This document shows, in pieces, positions 41,301 through 55,530 of a stretch of DNA of 64,000 nt (its first letter is position 1; every line of letters starts with the position of its first letter). A model generated the notes under the pieces. It was not told the origin of the DNA, made no database searches, and saw nothing but the letters and a program-made list of their open reading frames with translations. Both the position numbers and the translations under genes were made by a program. The stretch lies in NCBI RefSeq assembly GCF_009914755.1, contig NC_060933.1. The stretch is one strand, 5' to 3'. Origin of the DNA: the human T2T-CHM13v2.0 reference genome, Homo sapiens.

Positions 41301-44300
41301 CTTTGCATTCCATTCCATTCCATTCCATTCCGGATGATTCCATTCCATTGCATTCCATTCCATTCCATTCCCCTGCACTCGGGTTGATTCCATTCCATTC
41401 CACTCCATTCCGTTCCGTTCCATTCCATTCCATTGTACTCGGGTTAATTCCATTCCATTCCATTCAATTCCATTCCATTCCATTCCATTAGAATCGAGTT
41501 GATTCCATTCCATTCCATTCCATTCCAGTCCTTTCCATTCCATTCCACTCGGGTTGATTCCATTCTATTAGTTTCCATTCCATTCCATTCCCTTCCATTC
41601 CACTCTGGTTGATACCATTCCTTTCCATTCCACTCGAATACATTCCCTCCTATTCCACTCGGAACGATTCCATTCCATTCCATTCCATTCCATTCCATTC
41701 CATTTCGTTCCATTCCATTCTATTCCGTATCATTCCATTCCATTCCATTCCATTCCATTCCATTCCATTGTACTCGGGTTGATTCAATTCCATTGCATTC
41801 CATTCCATTCCATTCCATTCCATTCCATTCCGTTGCATTCCATTCCATTACATTCGGATTGATTCTATTCAACTCCCTTACTCTCCATTACATTCCATTC
41901 CATTCGGGTTGTTCCATTCCATTCCATTCCATTCCACTCCATTCCATTGCACTCGGGTTGATTCCATTCCATTCCATTCCATTCCATTCCATTCCATTCC
42001 ATTCCATTCCGGATGATTCCATTCCATTGCATTCCGTTCCATTACATTTCCCTGCACTCGCGTTTATTCCATTCCATTCAATTCCATTCCATTCCATTCC
42101 ATTCCATTACAATTCGTTCCATTCCATTCTATTCCGTACCATTCCACTCCATTCCATACCATTCCATTCCATTCCATTCCATTCCATTCCGTTCCCTTCC
42201 GTTCCATTCCATTCCATTCCATTCTATTCGGATTAATTCCATTCCATTCCATTCCATTCCATTCTATTCCATTCCATTGCAATCGAGTTGATTCCATTCC
42301 ATTCCATTCCATTCCATTCCATTCCATTCCATTCCATTCCGGAAGATTCCATTCCATTGCATTCCATTCCATTCCATTCCCCTGCACTCGCGTTGATTCC
42401 ATTCCATTCCATTCTATTCCATTCCATTCCCTTCCTTTCCGTTCCATTCCATTCCATTCCATTCCATTCCATTCCATTCCATTCCGTTCCGTTCCATTCC
42501 ATTCCATTCCATTCCATTCCATTCCATTCCGTTCCGTTCCATTCCATTCCATTCCATTCTATTCGGGTTAATTCCATTCCATTTCATTCGATTGCAATCG
42601 AGTTGATTCCATTCCATTCCATTCCATTCCATTCCATTCCTTTCCATTCCATTACGGATGATTCCATTCCATTGCATTCCATTCCATTCCATTCCCCTGT
42701 ACTCGGGTTGATTCCATTACATTCCATTCCAATCCATGCCATTCCACTCGTGTTGATTCCATTCTTTCCATTCCATTCAAGTTGAATCCATTCCATTGCA
42801 TTCCATTCCTTTCGATTCCATTCGATTGCACTCGGGTTGATTCCATTCCATTGCATTCCATTCCATTCCATTCCATTCCATTCCGTTCCATTCCGTTCCA
42901 TTCCATTCCATTACATTCGGATTGATTCTATTCAATTCCCTTACACTCCATTCCATTCCATTCCATTCGGGTAGTTTCCATTCCATTCCATTCCATTTCT
43001 CTCCATTCCATTGAACTCGGGTTGATTCCATTCCATTGCATTCCATTCCATTCCATTCAATTCCATTCCGTTCCATTCCATTCCATTACATTCGGATTTA
43101 TTCTATTCAACTCCCTTACTCTCCATTACATTCCATTCCATTCGGGTTGTTCCATTCCATTCCATTCCATTCCACTCCATTCCATTGCACTCGGGTTTAT
43201 TCCATTCCATTCCATTCCATTACATTCCGGAAGATTCCATTCCATTCCATTCCATTCCATTCCATTCCCCTGCACTCGTGTTGATTCCATTCCATTCCAT
43301 TCCATTCCATTCCATTCCATTCCATTCCTTTCCGTTCCATTCCATTCCATTCCATTCCATTCCAATCCATTCCATTCCGTTCCGTTCCGTTCCATTCCAT
43401 TCCATTCCATTCTATTCGGGTTAATTCCATTCCATTCCATTCGATTGCAATCGAGTTGATTCCATTCCATTCCATTCCATTCCATTCCATTCCATTCCTT
43501 TCCATTCCATTACGGATGATTAAATTCCGTTGCATTCCATTCCATTCCATTCCCCTGTACTCGGGTTGATTCCATTCCATTCCATTCCAATCCATGCCAT
43601 TCCACTCGTGTTGATTCCATTCTTTCCATTCCATTCAAGTTGAATCCATTCCATTGCATTCCATTCCATTCCATTCCCCTGCAGTCGGGTTGTTTCCATT
43701 CCATTCCATTCCATTCCATTCCATTCCATTCCATTCCGTTCCGTTCCATTCCATTCCATTCCATTCTATTCGGATTAATTCCATTCCATTCCATTCCATT
43801 CCATTCCATTCCATTCCATTCCAATCGAGTTGATTCCATTCCATTCCATTCCATTCCATTCCACTCCATTCCAGTCCTTTCCATTCCATTCCACTCGGGT
43901 TGATTCCAATGTATTCCTTTCCATTCCATTCCATTCCATTGCAATCGAGTTGATTCCATTGCTTTGCATTCCATTCCATTCCATTCCATTCCGGATGATT
44001 CCATTCCATTGCATTCCATTCCATTCCATTCCCCTGCACTCGGGTTGATTCCATTCGATTCCACTCCATTCCGTTCCATTCCATTCCATTGCATTGTATT
44101 CGGGTTAATTCCATTCCATTCCATTCCATTCCATTCCATTCCATTCCATTACAGTCGAGTTGATTCCATTCCATTCCATTCCATTCCAGTCCTTTCCATT
44201 CCATTCCTCTCGGGTTGATTCCATTCTATTAGTTTCCATTCCATTCCATTCCCTTCCATTCCTCTCAGGTTTTTTCCATTCCTTTCCATTCCACTCGAAT

Positions 44301-45400
44301 ACATTCCCTCCTATTCCACTCAGAACGATTCCATTCCATTCCATTCCATTCCATTCCATTTCGTTCCATTCCATTCTATTCCGCATCATTCCATTCCATT
44401 CCATTCCATTCCATTCCATTCCATTCCATTGTACTCGGGTTGATTCAATTCCATTGCATTCCATTCCATTCCATTCCATTCCACTCCGTTGCATTCCATT
44501 CCATTACATTCGGATTGATTCTATTCAACTCCCTTACTCTCCATTCCATTCCATTCCATTCGGGTTGTTCCATTCCATTCCATTCCATTCCACTCCATTC
44601 CATTGCACTCAGGTTGATTCCATTCCATTCCATTACATTCCATTCCATTCCATTCCATTCCGGATGATTCCATTCCATTGCATTCCGTTCCATTACATTC
44701 CCCTGCACTCGCGTTGATTCCATTCCATTCCATTCCATTCCATTCAATTCCATTCCATTACAATTCGTTCCATTCCATTCTATTCTGTACCATTCCATTC
44801 CATTCCATACCATTCCATTGCATTCCATTCCATTCCATTCCGTTCCATTCCGTTCCATTCCATTCCATTCCATTCTATTCGAATTAATTCCATTCAATTC
44901 CATTCCATTCCATTCTATTCCATTCCATTGCAATCGAGTTGAATCCATTGCATTTCATTGCATTCCAGTCCATTCCATTCCATTCCGGAAGATTCCATTC
45001 CATTGCATTCCATTCCATTCCATTCCCCTGCACTCACGTTGATTCCATTCCATTCCATTCCATTCCATTCCATTCCGTTCCGTTCCATTCCATTCCATTC
45101 CATTCCATTCCATTCCGTTCCGTTCCATTCCATTCCATTCCATTCTATTCGGGTTAATTCCATTCCATTCCATTCGATTGCAATCGAGTTGATTCCATTC
45201 CATTCCATTCCATTCCATTCCATTCCATTCCATTCCATTCCTTTCCATTCCATTCCGGATGATTCCATTCCATTGCATTCCATACCATTCCATTCCCCTA
45301 TACTCGGGTTGATTCCATTCCATTCCATTCCAATCCATGCCATTCCACTCGTGTTGATTCCATTCTTTCCATTCCATTCAAGTAGAATCCATTCCATTGC
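38400..45400 (-). repeat. Diverged duplication at ~4.5 kb offset (~38400-40900 vs ~42900-45400)
   Basis: CTCGGGTTTATTCC at ~38681 and ~43190, TCCAATCCATTCCATTCCGTTCCG at ~38862 and ~43361, and the TCCCTCCTAT landmark at ~39791 and ~44305. Confidence 0.65.
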
Positions 45401-48400
45401 ATTCCATTCCATTCGATTCCATTCCATTGCACTCGGGTTGATTCCATTCCATTCCATTCCATTGCATTCCATTCCATTCCATTCCGGATGATTCCATTCC
45501 ATTCCATTCCATTCAATTCCATTCCATTCCATTCCCCTGCAGTCGGGTTGATTCCATTCCATTCCATTCCATTCCATTCCATTCCGTTCCATTCCATTCC
45601 ATTCCATTCTATTCGGGTTAATTCTATTCCATTCCATTCCATTCCATTCCATTCCATTCCATTCCAATCGAGTTGATTCCATTCCATTCCATTCCATTCC
45701 ATTCCACTCCATTCCAGTCCTTTCCATTCCATTACACTCGGGTTGATTCCATTCTATTCCTTTCCATTCCATTCCATTCCATTGCAATCGAGTTGATTCC
45801 ATTGCTTTGCATTCCATTCCATTCCATTCCATTCCGGATGATTCCATTCCATTGCATTCCATTCCATTCCATTCCCCTGCACTCGGGTTGATTCCATTCC
45901 ATTCCACTCCATTCTGTTCCATTCCATTCCGTTCCATTGTATTCGGGTTAATTCCATTCCATTCCATTCCATTCCATTCCATTACTCGAGTTGATTCTAT
46001 TCCATTCCATTCCATTCCATTCCATTCCACTCCAGTCCTTTCCATTCCATTCCACTCGGGTTGATTCCATTCTATTAGTTTCCATTCCATTCCATTCCCT
46101 TCCATTCCACTCTGGTTGATTCCATTCTTTTCCATTCCAGTCGAATACATTCCCTCCTATTCCACTCGGAACGATTCCATTCCATTCCATTCCATTCCAT
46201 TCCATTCCATTCGATTCCAGTTCGTTCCATTCCATTCTATTCCGTACCATTCCATTCCATTCCATTCCTTTCCATTCCATTCCTTTCCACTCGTGTTGAT
46301 TCCATTCCTTTCCATTCCATTCGGTTTGAAGGCATTCCATTCCATTAAATTCCACTCCATTCCATTCAATTCCATTCCATTCTATTCCATTCCATTGCAA
46401 TCGAGTTGAATCCATTGCCTTTCATTCCATTCCATTCCATTCCATTCCATTCCGGAAGATTCCATTCCATTCCATTCCATTCCATTCCATTCCATTCCAT
46501 TCCCCTGCACTCGCGTTGATTCCATTCTATTCCATTCCATTCCATTCCGTTCCGTTCCGTTCCATTCCATTCCATTCCATTCCGTTCCGTTCCATTCCAT
46601 TGCATTCCATTCTATTCGGGTTAATTCCATTCCATTCCATTCGATTGCCATCGAGTTGATTCCATTCCATTCCATTCCATTCCATTCCATTCCATTCCAT
46701 TCCATTCCTTTCCATTCCATTACGGATGACTCCATTCCATTGCTTTCCATTCCTTTCCATTCCCCTTTACTCGGGTTGATTCCATTCCATTCCATTCCAC
46801 TCCATTCGGTTCCGTTGCATTCCATTCTATTGCATTCCATTCTATTCGGGTTAATTCCTTTCCATTCTATTCCATTCCATTCCATTCCATTCCATTGCAA
46901 TGGAGTTTATTCCATTCCATTCCATTCCATTCCGGATGATTCCATTCCATTGCATTCCATTCCATTCCATTCCCCTGCTCTCGTGTTGATTCCATTCCCT
47001 TCCATTCCATTCCATTCCGTTCCATTCCATTCCATTCCACTCTATTCCGGTTAATTCCATTCCATTCCATTCCATTCCATTCCATTCCATTCCATTGCAA
47101 TCGAGTTGATTCCATTCCATTCCTTTCAATTCCATTCCATTGCCTTGCATTCCACTCGGGTTGATTCCATTCCCTTCTTTCCACTCCATTACATTCCCTT
47201 CCATTCCACTCGGAATGATTCATTCCATTCCATTCCATTCCATTTCATTCCATTGCAATCCATTCCAATCCATTCCATTCCATTCCATTCCACTCGAGTT
47301 GACTTCATTCCATTCCTTTCCATTCCATTCCATTCCTTTCACTGGTGTTGATTCCATTCCATTCCAATCCATTGCAATCCATTCCATGCCATTCCACTCG
47401 GGTTGATTCCATTCCTTTGCATTCCATTCCATTCCATTGCATTCCATTCCAATCCATTCCGTTGCATTCCATTCCATTACATTCGGATTGATTCTATTCA
47501 ACTCCCTTACTGTCCATTACATTCCATTCCATTCGGGTTGTTCCATTTCATTCCATTCCATTCCATTCCACTCCATTCCATTGCACTCGGGTTGATTCCA
47601 TTCCATTCCATTCAATTCCATTCCATTCCGGATGATTCCATTCCATTGCATTCCGTTCCATTACATTCCCCTGCACTCGGGTTGATACCATTCCATTCCA
47701 TTCCATTCCATTCCATTCCATTCGATTCCATTCCGGATGATTCCATTCCATTGCATTCCATTCCATTCCATTCTCCTGCACTCGGGTTGATTACATTCCA
47801 TTTCCTTCCCTTCCATTCCTTTCCATTCCATTCCATTCCATTCTATTCGGGTGAATTCCATTCCATTCCATTCCATTCCATTCCATTCCATTCCATTCCA
47901 TTCCATTCCATTGCAATCGAGTTGATTCCATTCGATTCCATTCCTTTCCGTTCCGGATGATTCCATTCCATTCCATTCCATTCCCGTGCAGTCGGGTTGA
48001 TTCCATTCCATTCCATTCTATTCCATTCTATTCCATTCCATTCCGTTCCATTCCATTCCATTCCATTCTATTCGGGTTAATTGCATTCCATTCCATTCCA
48101 TTCCATTCCATTCCATTCCAATCGAATTGATTCCATTCCATTCCATTCCATTCCATTCCACTCCATTCCAGTCCTTTCCATTCCATTACACTCGGGTTGA
48201 TTCCATTCTATTCCTTTCTATTCCATTCCATTCCATTGCAATCGAGTTGATTCCATTGCTTTGCATTCCATTCCATTCCATTCCCCTGCACTCGGGTTGA
48301 TTCCATTCCATTCCACTCCATTCCATTCCATTCCATGCCATTCCATTTTATTCGGGTTAATTCCATTCCATTCCATCCCATTCCACTCCATTCCATTCCA

Positions 48401-48469
48401 TTCCATTCCATTACAATCGAGTTGATTCCATTCCATTCCATTCCATTCCATTCCATTCCATTCCATTCC

Positions 48470-51400
48470 ATTCCATTGCAATCGAGTTGATTCCATTCCA
48501 TTTCATTCCATTCCATTCCATTACATTCCATTCCAATCGAGTTGATTCCATTCCATTTCATTCCATTCCATTCCATTCAATTCCATTCCATTCCAGTCCT
48601 TTCCATTCCATTCCACTCGGGTTGATTCCATTCTATTAGTTTCCATTCCATTCCATTCTCTTCCATTCCACTCTGGGTGATTCCATTCCTTTCCATTCCA
48701 CTCGAATACATTCCCTCCTATTCTACTCGGAACGATTCCATTCCATTCCATTCCATTCCATTCCATTCCATTCCATTCCATTCCATTCCATTTTGTTCCA
48801 TTCCATTCTGTTCCGTATCATTCCATTCCATTCCATTCCATTCCCTTCCATTCCATTCCATTACATTCCACTCGTGTTGATTCCATTCCTTTCCATTCCA
48901 TTCGGTTTGAAGGCATTCCATTCCATTCCATTCCATTCCATTCCATTCCATTGTACTCGGGTTGATTCTATTCCATTGCATTCCATTCCATTCCAATCCG
49001 TTGCATTCCATTCCATTACATTCGGATTGATTCTATTCAACTCCCTTACTCTCCATTACATTCCATTCCATTCGGGTTGTTCCATTCCATTCCATTCCAT
49101 TCCACTCCATTCCATTGCACTCGGGTTGATTCCATTCCATTCCATTCCATTCCATTCCATTCCGGATGATTCCGTTCCATTGCATTCCGTTCCATTACAT
49201 TCCCCTGCACTCGCGTTGATTCCACTCCATTCCATTCCATTCCATTCCATTCAATTCCATTCCATTACAATTCGTTCCATTCCATTCTATTCCGTACCAT
49301 TCCATTCCATTCCATACCATTCCATTCCATTCCATTCCATTCCATTCCGTTCCGTTCCATTCCGTTCCATTCCATTCCATTCCATTCCATTCCATTGCAA
49401 TCGAGTTGAATCCATTGCATTTCATTCCATTCCATTCCATTCCATTCCATTCCGGAAGATTCCATTCCATTGCATTCCATTCCATTCCATTCCCCTGCAC
49501 TCGCGTTGATTCCATTCCATTCCATTCCATTCCATTGCATTCCGTTCTGTTCCGTTCCATTTCATTCCATTCCATTCCATTACATTCCGTTCCCTTCCAT
49601 TCCATTCCATTCCATTCTATTCGGGTTAATTCCATTCCATTCCATTCGATTGCAATCGAGTTGATTCCATTCCATTCCATTCTATTCCGTTCCGGATGAT
49701 TCCATTCTATTGCATTCCATTCCATTCCATTCCCCTGCAGTCGGGTTGATTCCATTCCATTCCATTCCGTTCCATTCCATTCCATTCCATTCTATTCGTG
49801 TTAATTCCATTCCATTCCTTTCCATTCCATTCCATTCCATTCCAATCGAGTTGATTGCATTCCATTCCATTCCATTCCATTACACTCCATTCCAGTCCTT
49901 TCCATTCCATTACACTCGGGTTGATTCCGTTCTATTCCTTTCCATTCCATTCCATTCCATTGCAATCGAGTTGATTCCATTGCTTTGCATTCCATTCCAT
50001 TCCATTCCATTCCGGATGATTCCATTCCATTGCATTCCATTCCATTCCATTCCCCTGCACTCGGGTTGATTGCATTCCATTCCACTCCATTCCGTTCCAT
50101 TCTAGTCCATTCCATTGTATTCGGGTTAATTCCATTCCATTCCATTCCATTCCATTCCATTCCCTTACAATGTAGTTGATTCCATTGAATTCCATTCCAT
50201 TCCATTCCATTCCAGTCCTTTCCATTCCATTCCACTCGTGTTGATTCCATTCTATTAGTTTCCATTCCATTCCATTCCCTTCCATTCCAATCTGGTTGAT
50301 TCCATTCCTTTCCATTCCACTCGAATACATTCCCTCCTATTCCACTCAGAACTATTCCATTCCATTCCATTCCATTCCATTCCATTCCATTCCATTCCAG
50401 TTCGTTCCATTCCATTCTATTCCGTACCATTCTATTCCATTCCATTCCTTTCCATTCCATTCCTTTCCACTCGTGGTGATTCCATTCCTTTCCATTCCAT
50501 TCGGTTTGAAGGCATTCCATTCCATTCCATTCCATTCCATTCCATTCCATTCCATTCCATTCCATTGTACTCGAGTTGATTCCATTCCATTGCATTCAAT
50601 TCCATTCCATTCCATTCCATTGTACTCGAGTTGATTCCATTCCATTGCATTCCATTCCATTCCATTCCATTTCATTCCGTTGCATTCCTTTCCTTTACAT
50701 TCGGATTGATTCTATTCAACTCCCTTACTCTCCATTACATTCCATTCCATTCGGGTTGTTCCATTCCATTCCATTCCATTCCACTCCATTCCATTGCACT
50801 CGGGTTGATTCCATTCCATTCCATTCCATTCCATTCCATTCCGGATGATTCCATTCCATTGCATTCCGTTCCATTACATTCCCCTGCACTCGCGTTGATT
50901 CCATTCCATTGCATTCCATTCCATTCCATTCAATTCCATTCCATTGCAATTCGTTCCACTGCATTCTATTCCGTACCATTCCATTCCATTCCATTCCATT
51001 CCGTTCCGTTCTGTTCCTTTCCATTCCATTCCATTCTATTCGGATTAATTCCATTCCATTCCATTCCATTCCATTCTATTCCATTCCATTGCAATCGAGT
51101 TGAATCCATTGCATTTCATTCCATTCCATTCCATTCCATTCCATTCCGGAAGATTCCATTCCATTGCATTCCATTCCATTCCATTCCCCTGCACTCGCGT
51201 TGATTCCATTCCATTCCATTCCATTCCATTCCATTCCATTCCGTTCCGTTCAATTCCATTCCATTCCATTCCATTCCATTCCATTCCATTCCATTCCGTT
51301 CCGTTCCATTCCATTCCATTCCATTCTATTCGGGTTAATTCCATTCCATTCCATTCGATTGCAATCGAGTTGATTCCATTCCATTCCATTCCATTCCAGT

Positions 51401-54400
51401 CCTTTCCATTCCATTCCACTCGGGTTGATTCCATTCTATTACTTTCCATTCCATTCCATTCCCTTCCATTCCACTCTGGTTGATTCCATTCCTTTCCATT
51501 ACACTCGAATACATTCCCTCCTATTCCACTCGGAACCATTCCATTCCATTCCATTCCATTCCATTCCATTCCATTTCATTTCGTTCCATTCCATTCTATT
51601 CCGTATCATTCCATTCCATTCCATTCCATTCCATTCCATTCCATTCCATTGTACTCCGGTGATTCCATTCCATTGCATTGCATTCCATTCCATTCCATTC
51701 CATTCCGTTGCATTCCATTCCATTACATTCGGATTGATTCTATTCAACTCCCTTACTCTCCATTACATTCCATTCCATTCGGGTTGTTCCCTTCCATTCC
51801 ATTCCATTACACTCCATTCCATTGCACTCGGGTTGATTCCATTCCATTCCATTCCATTCCATTCCATTCCGGATGATTCCATTCCATTGCATTCCGTTCC
51901 ATTACATTCCCCTGCACTCGCGTTGATTCCATTCCTTTCCATTCCATTCCATTCAATTTCATTCCATTACAATTCGTTCCATTCCATTCTATGCCGTACC
52001 ATTCCATGCCATTCCATTCCAATCGAGTTGATTCCATTCCATTCCATTCCATTCCATTCCACTCCATTCCAGTCCTTTCCATTCCATTCCACTCGGGTTG
52101 ATTCCAATGTATTCCTTTCCATTCCATTCCATTCCATTGCATTCCGTTCCATTACATTCCCCTGCACTCACGTTGATTCCATTCCATTCCATTCCATTCC
52201 ATTCAATTCCATTCCATTACAATTCGTTCCATTCCATTCTATTCCGTACCATTCCATTCCATTCCATTCCAATCGAGTTGATTCCATTCCATTCCATTCC
52301 ATTCCATTCCACTCCATTCCAGTCCTTTCCATTCCATTCCACTCAGGGTGATTCCAATGTATTCCTTTCCATTCCATTCCATTCCATTGCAACCGAGTTG
52401 ATTCCATTGCTTTGCATTCCATTCCATTCCATTCCATTCCGGATGATTCCATTCCATTGCATTCCATTCCATTCCATTCCCCTGCACTCGGGTTGATTCC
52501 ATTCCATTCCACTCCATTCCGTACCATTCCATTCCATTCCATTCCATTGTATTCGGGTTAATTCCATTCCATTCCATTCCATTCCATTCCATTCCATTCC
52601 ATTGCAATCGAGTTGATTCCATTCCATTTCAATCCATTCCATTCCATTCCATTCCATTCCAATCGAGTTGATTCCATTCCATTTCATTCCATTCCATTCC
52701 ATTCCATTCCATTCCAGTCCTTTCCATTCCATTCCACTGGGGTTGATTCCATTCTATTAGTTTCCATTCCATTCCATTCTCTTCCATTCCACTCTGGGTG
52801 ATTCCATTCCTTTCCATTCCACTCGAATACATTCCCTCCTATTCTACTCGGAACGATTCCATTCCATTCCATTCCATTCCATTCCATTCCATTCCATTCC
52901 ATTCCATTCCATTTCGTTCCATTCCATTCTGTTCCGTATCATTCCATTCCATTCCATTCCATTCCCTTCCATTCCATTCCATTACATTCCACTCGTGTTG
53001 ATTCCATTCCTTTCCATTCCATTCGGTTTGAAGGCATTCCATTCCATTCCATTCCATTCCATTGTACTCGGGTTGATTCTATTCCATTGCATTCCATTCC
53101 ATTCCAATCCGTTGCATTCCATTCCATTACATTCGGATTGATTCTATTCAACTCCCTTACTCTCCATTACATTCCATTCCATTCGGGTTGTTCCATTCCA
53201 TTCCATTCCATTCCACTCCATTCCATTGCACTCGGGTTGATTCCATTCTATTCCATTCCATTCCATTCCATTCCGGATGATTCCGTTCCATTGCATTCCG
53301 TTCCATTACATTCCCCTCCACTCGCGTTGATTCCATTTCATTCCATTCCTTTCCATTCCATTCAATTCCATTCCATTACAATTCGTTCCATTCCATTCTA
53401 TTCCGTACCATTCCATTCCATTCCATACCATTCCATTCCATTCCATTCCATTCCATTCCGTTCCGTTCCATTCCGTTCCATTCCATTCCATTCCATTCCA
53501 TTCCATTGCAATCGACTTGAATCCATTGTATTTCATTCCATTCCATTCCATTCCATTCCGGAAGATTCCATTCCATTGCATTCCATTCCATTCCATTCCC
53601 CTGCACTCGCGTTGATTCCATTCCATTCCGTTGCATTCCGTTCCGTTCCGTTCCATTTCATTCCATTCCATTCCATTCCATTCCGTTCCGTTCCATTCCA
53701 TTCCATTCCATTCTATTCGGGTTAATTCCATTCCATTCCATTCGATTGCAATCGAGTTGATTCCATTCCATTCCATTCCATTCCGTTCCGGATGATTCCA
53801 TTCTATTGCATTCCATTCCATTCCATTCCCCTGCAGTCGGGTTGATTCCATTCCATTCCATTGCATTCCATTCCGTTCCATTCCATTCCATTCCATTCTA
53901 TTCGGGTAAATTCCATTCCATTCCTTTCCATTCCATTCCATTCCATTCCAATCGAGTTGATTCCATTCCATTCCATTCCATTCCATTCCACTCCATTCCA
54001 GTCCTTTCCATTCCATTACACTCGGGTTGATTCCGTTCTATTCCTTTCCATTCCATTCCATTCCATTGCAATCGAGTTGATTCCATTGCTTTGCATTCCA
54101 TTCCTTTCCATTCCATTATGGATGATTCCATTCCATTCCATTCCATTCCATTCCATTCCCCTGCACTCGGGTTGATTCCATTCCATTCCACTCCATTCCG
54201 TTCCATTCTAGTCCATTCCATTGTATTCGGGTTAATTCCATTCCATTCCATTCCATTCCATTCCATTACAATGTAGTTGATTCCATTCAATTCCATTCCA
54301 TTCCATTCCATTCCAGTCCTTTCCATTCCATTCCACTCGGGTTGATTCCATTCTATTAGTTTCCATTCCATTCCATTCCCTTCCATTCCAATCTGGTTGA

Positions 54401-55530
54401 TTCCATTCCTTTCCATTCCACTCGAATACATTCCCTCCTATTCCACTCAGAACGATTCCATTCCATTCCATTCTATTCCATTCCATTCCATTCCATTCCA
54501 TTCCAGTTCGTTCCATTCCATTCTATTCCGTACCATTCTATTCCATTCCATTCCTTTCCATTCCATTCCATTCCACTCGTGGTGATTCCATTCCTTTCCA
54601 TTCCATTCGGTTTGAAGGCATTCCATTCAATTCCATTCCATTCCATTCCATTCCATTCCATTCCATTCCATTCCATTCCGTTGTACTCGAGTTGATTCCA
54701 TTCCATTGCATTCAATTCCATTCCATTCCATTCCATTGTACTCGAGTTGATTCCATTCCATTGCATTCCATTCCATTCCATTCCATTCCATTCCGTTGCA
54801 TTCCATTCCATTACATTCGGATTGATTCTATTCAACTCCCTTACTCTCCATTACATTCCATTCCATTCGGGTTGTTCCATTCCATTCCATTCCATTCCAC
54901 TCCATTCCATTGCACTCGGGTTGATTCCATTCCATTCCATTCCATTCCATTCCATTCCGGATGATTCCATTCCATTGCATTCCGTTCCATTACATTCCCC
55001 TGCACTCGCGTTGATTCCATTCCATTCCATTCCATTCCATTCCATTCCGGAAGATTCCATTCCATTGCAATTCGTTCCATTCCATTCTATTCCGTACCAT
55101 TCCATTCCATTCCATACCATTCCATTCCATTCCATTCCATTCCGTTCCGTTCTGTTCCTTTCCATTCCATTCCATTCTATTCGGTTTAATTCCATTCCAT
55201 TCCATTCCATTCCATTCCATTCTATTCCATTCCATTGCAATCGAGTTGAATCCATTGCATTTCATTCCATTCCATTCCATTCCCTTCCATTCCATTCCAT
55301 TCCGGAAGATTCCATTCCATTGCATTCCATTCCATTCCATTCCCCTGCACTCGCGTTGATTCCATTCAATTCCATTCCATTCCATTCCATTCCGTTCCGT
55401 TCAATTCCATTCCATTCCATTCCATTCCATTCCATTCCATTCCATTCCGTTCCGTTCCATTCCATTCCATTCCATTCCATTCTATTCGGGTTAATTCCAT
55501 TCCATTGCATTCGATTGCAATCGAGTTGAT
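48470..55530 (-). repeat. ~2.9 kb block duplicated at ~4.1 kb offset (48470-51380 vs 52600-55530)
   Basis: Private variants CATTCTCTTCCATTCCACTCTGGGTG, TTCTACTCGG, TCTAGTCCAT, ACAATGTAGTTG and CTCGTGGTGATT occur in both copies. ORF-track offsets are 4106-4121. Confidence 0.85.
51881..52390 (-). repeat. 250 bp tandem duplication
   Basis: ATTCCATTGCATTCCGTTCCATTACATTCCCCTGCACTC...CCAATGTATTCCTTTCC begins at 51881 and again at 52131. Confidence 0.85.
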
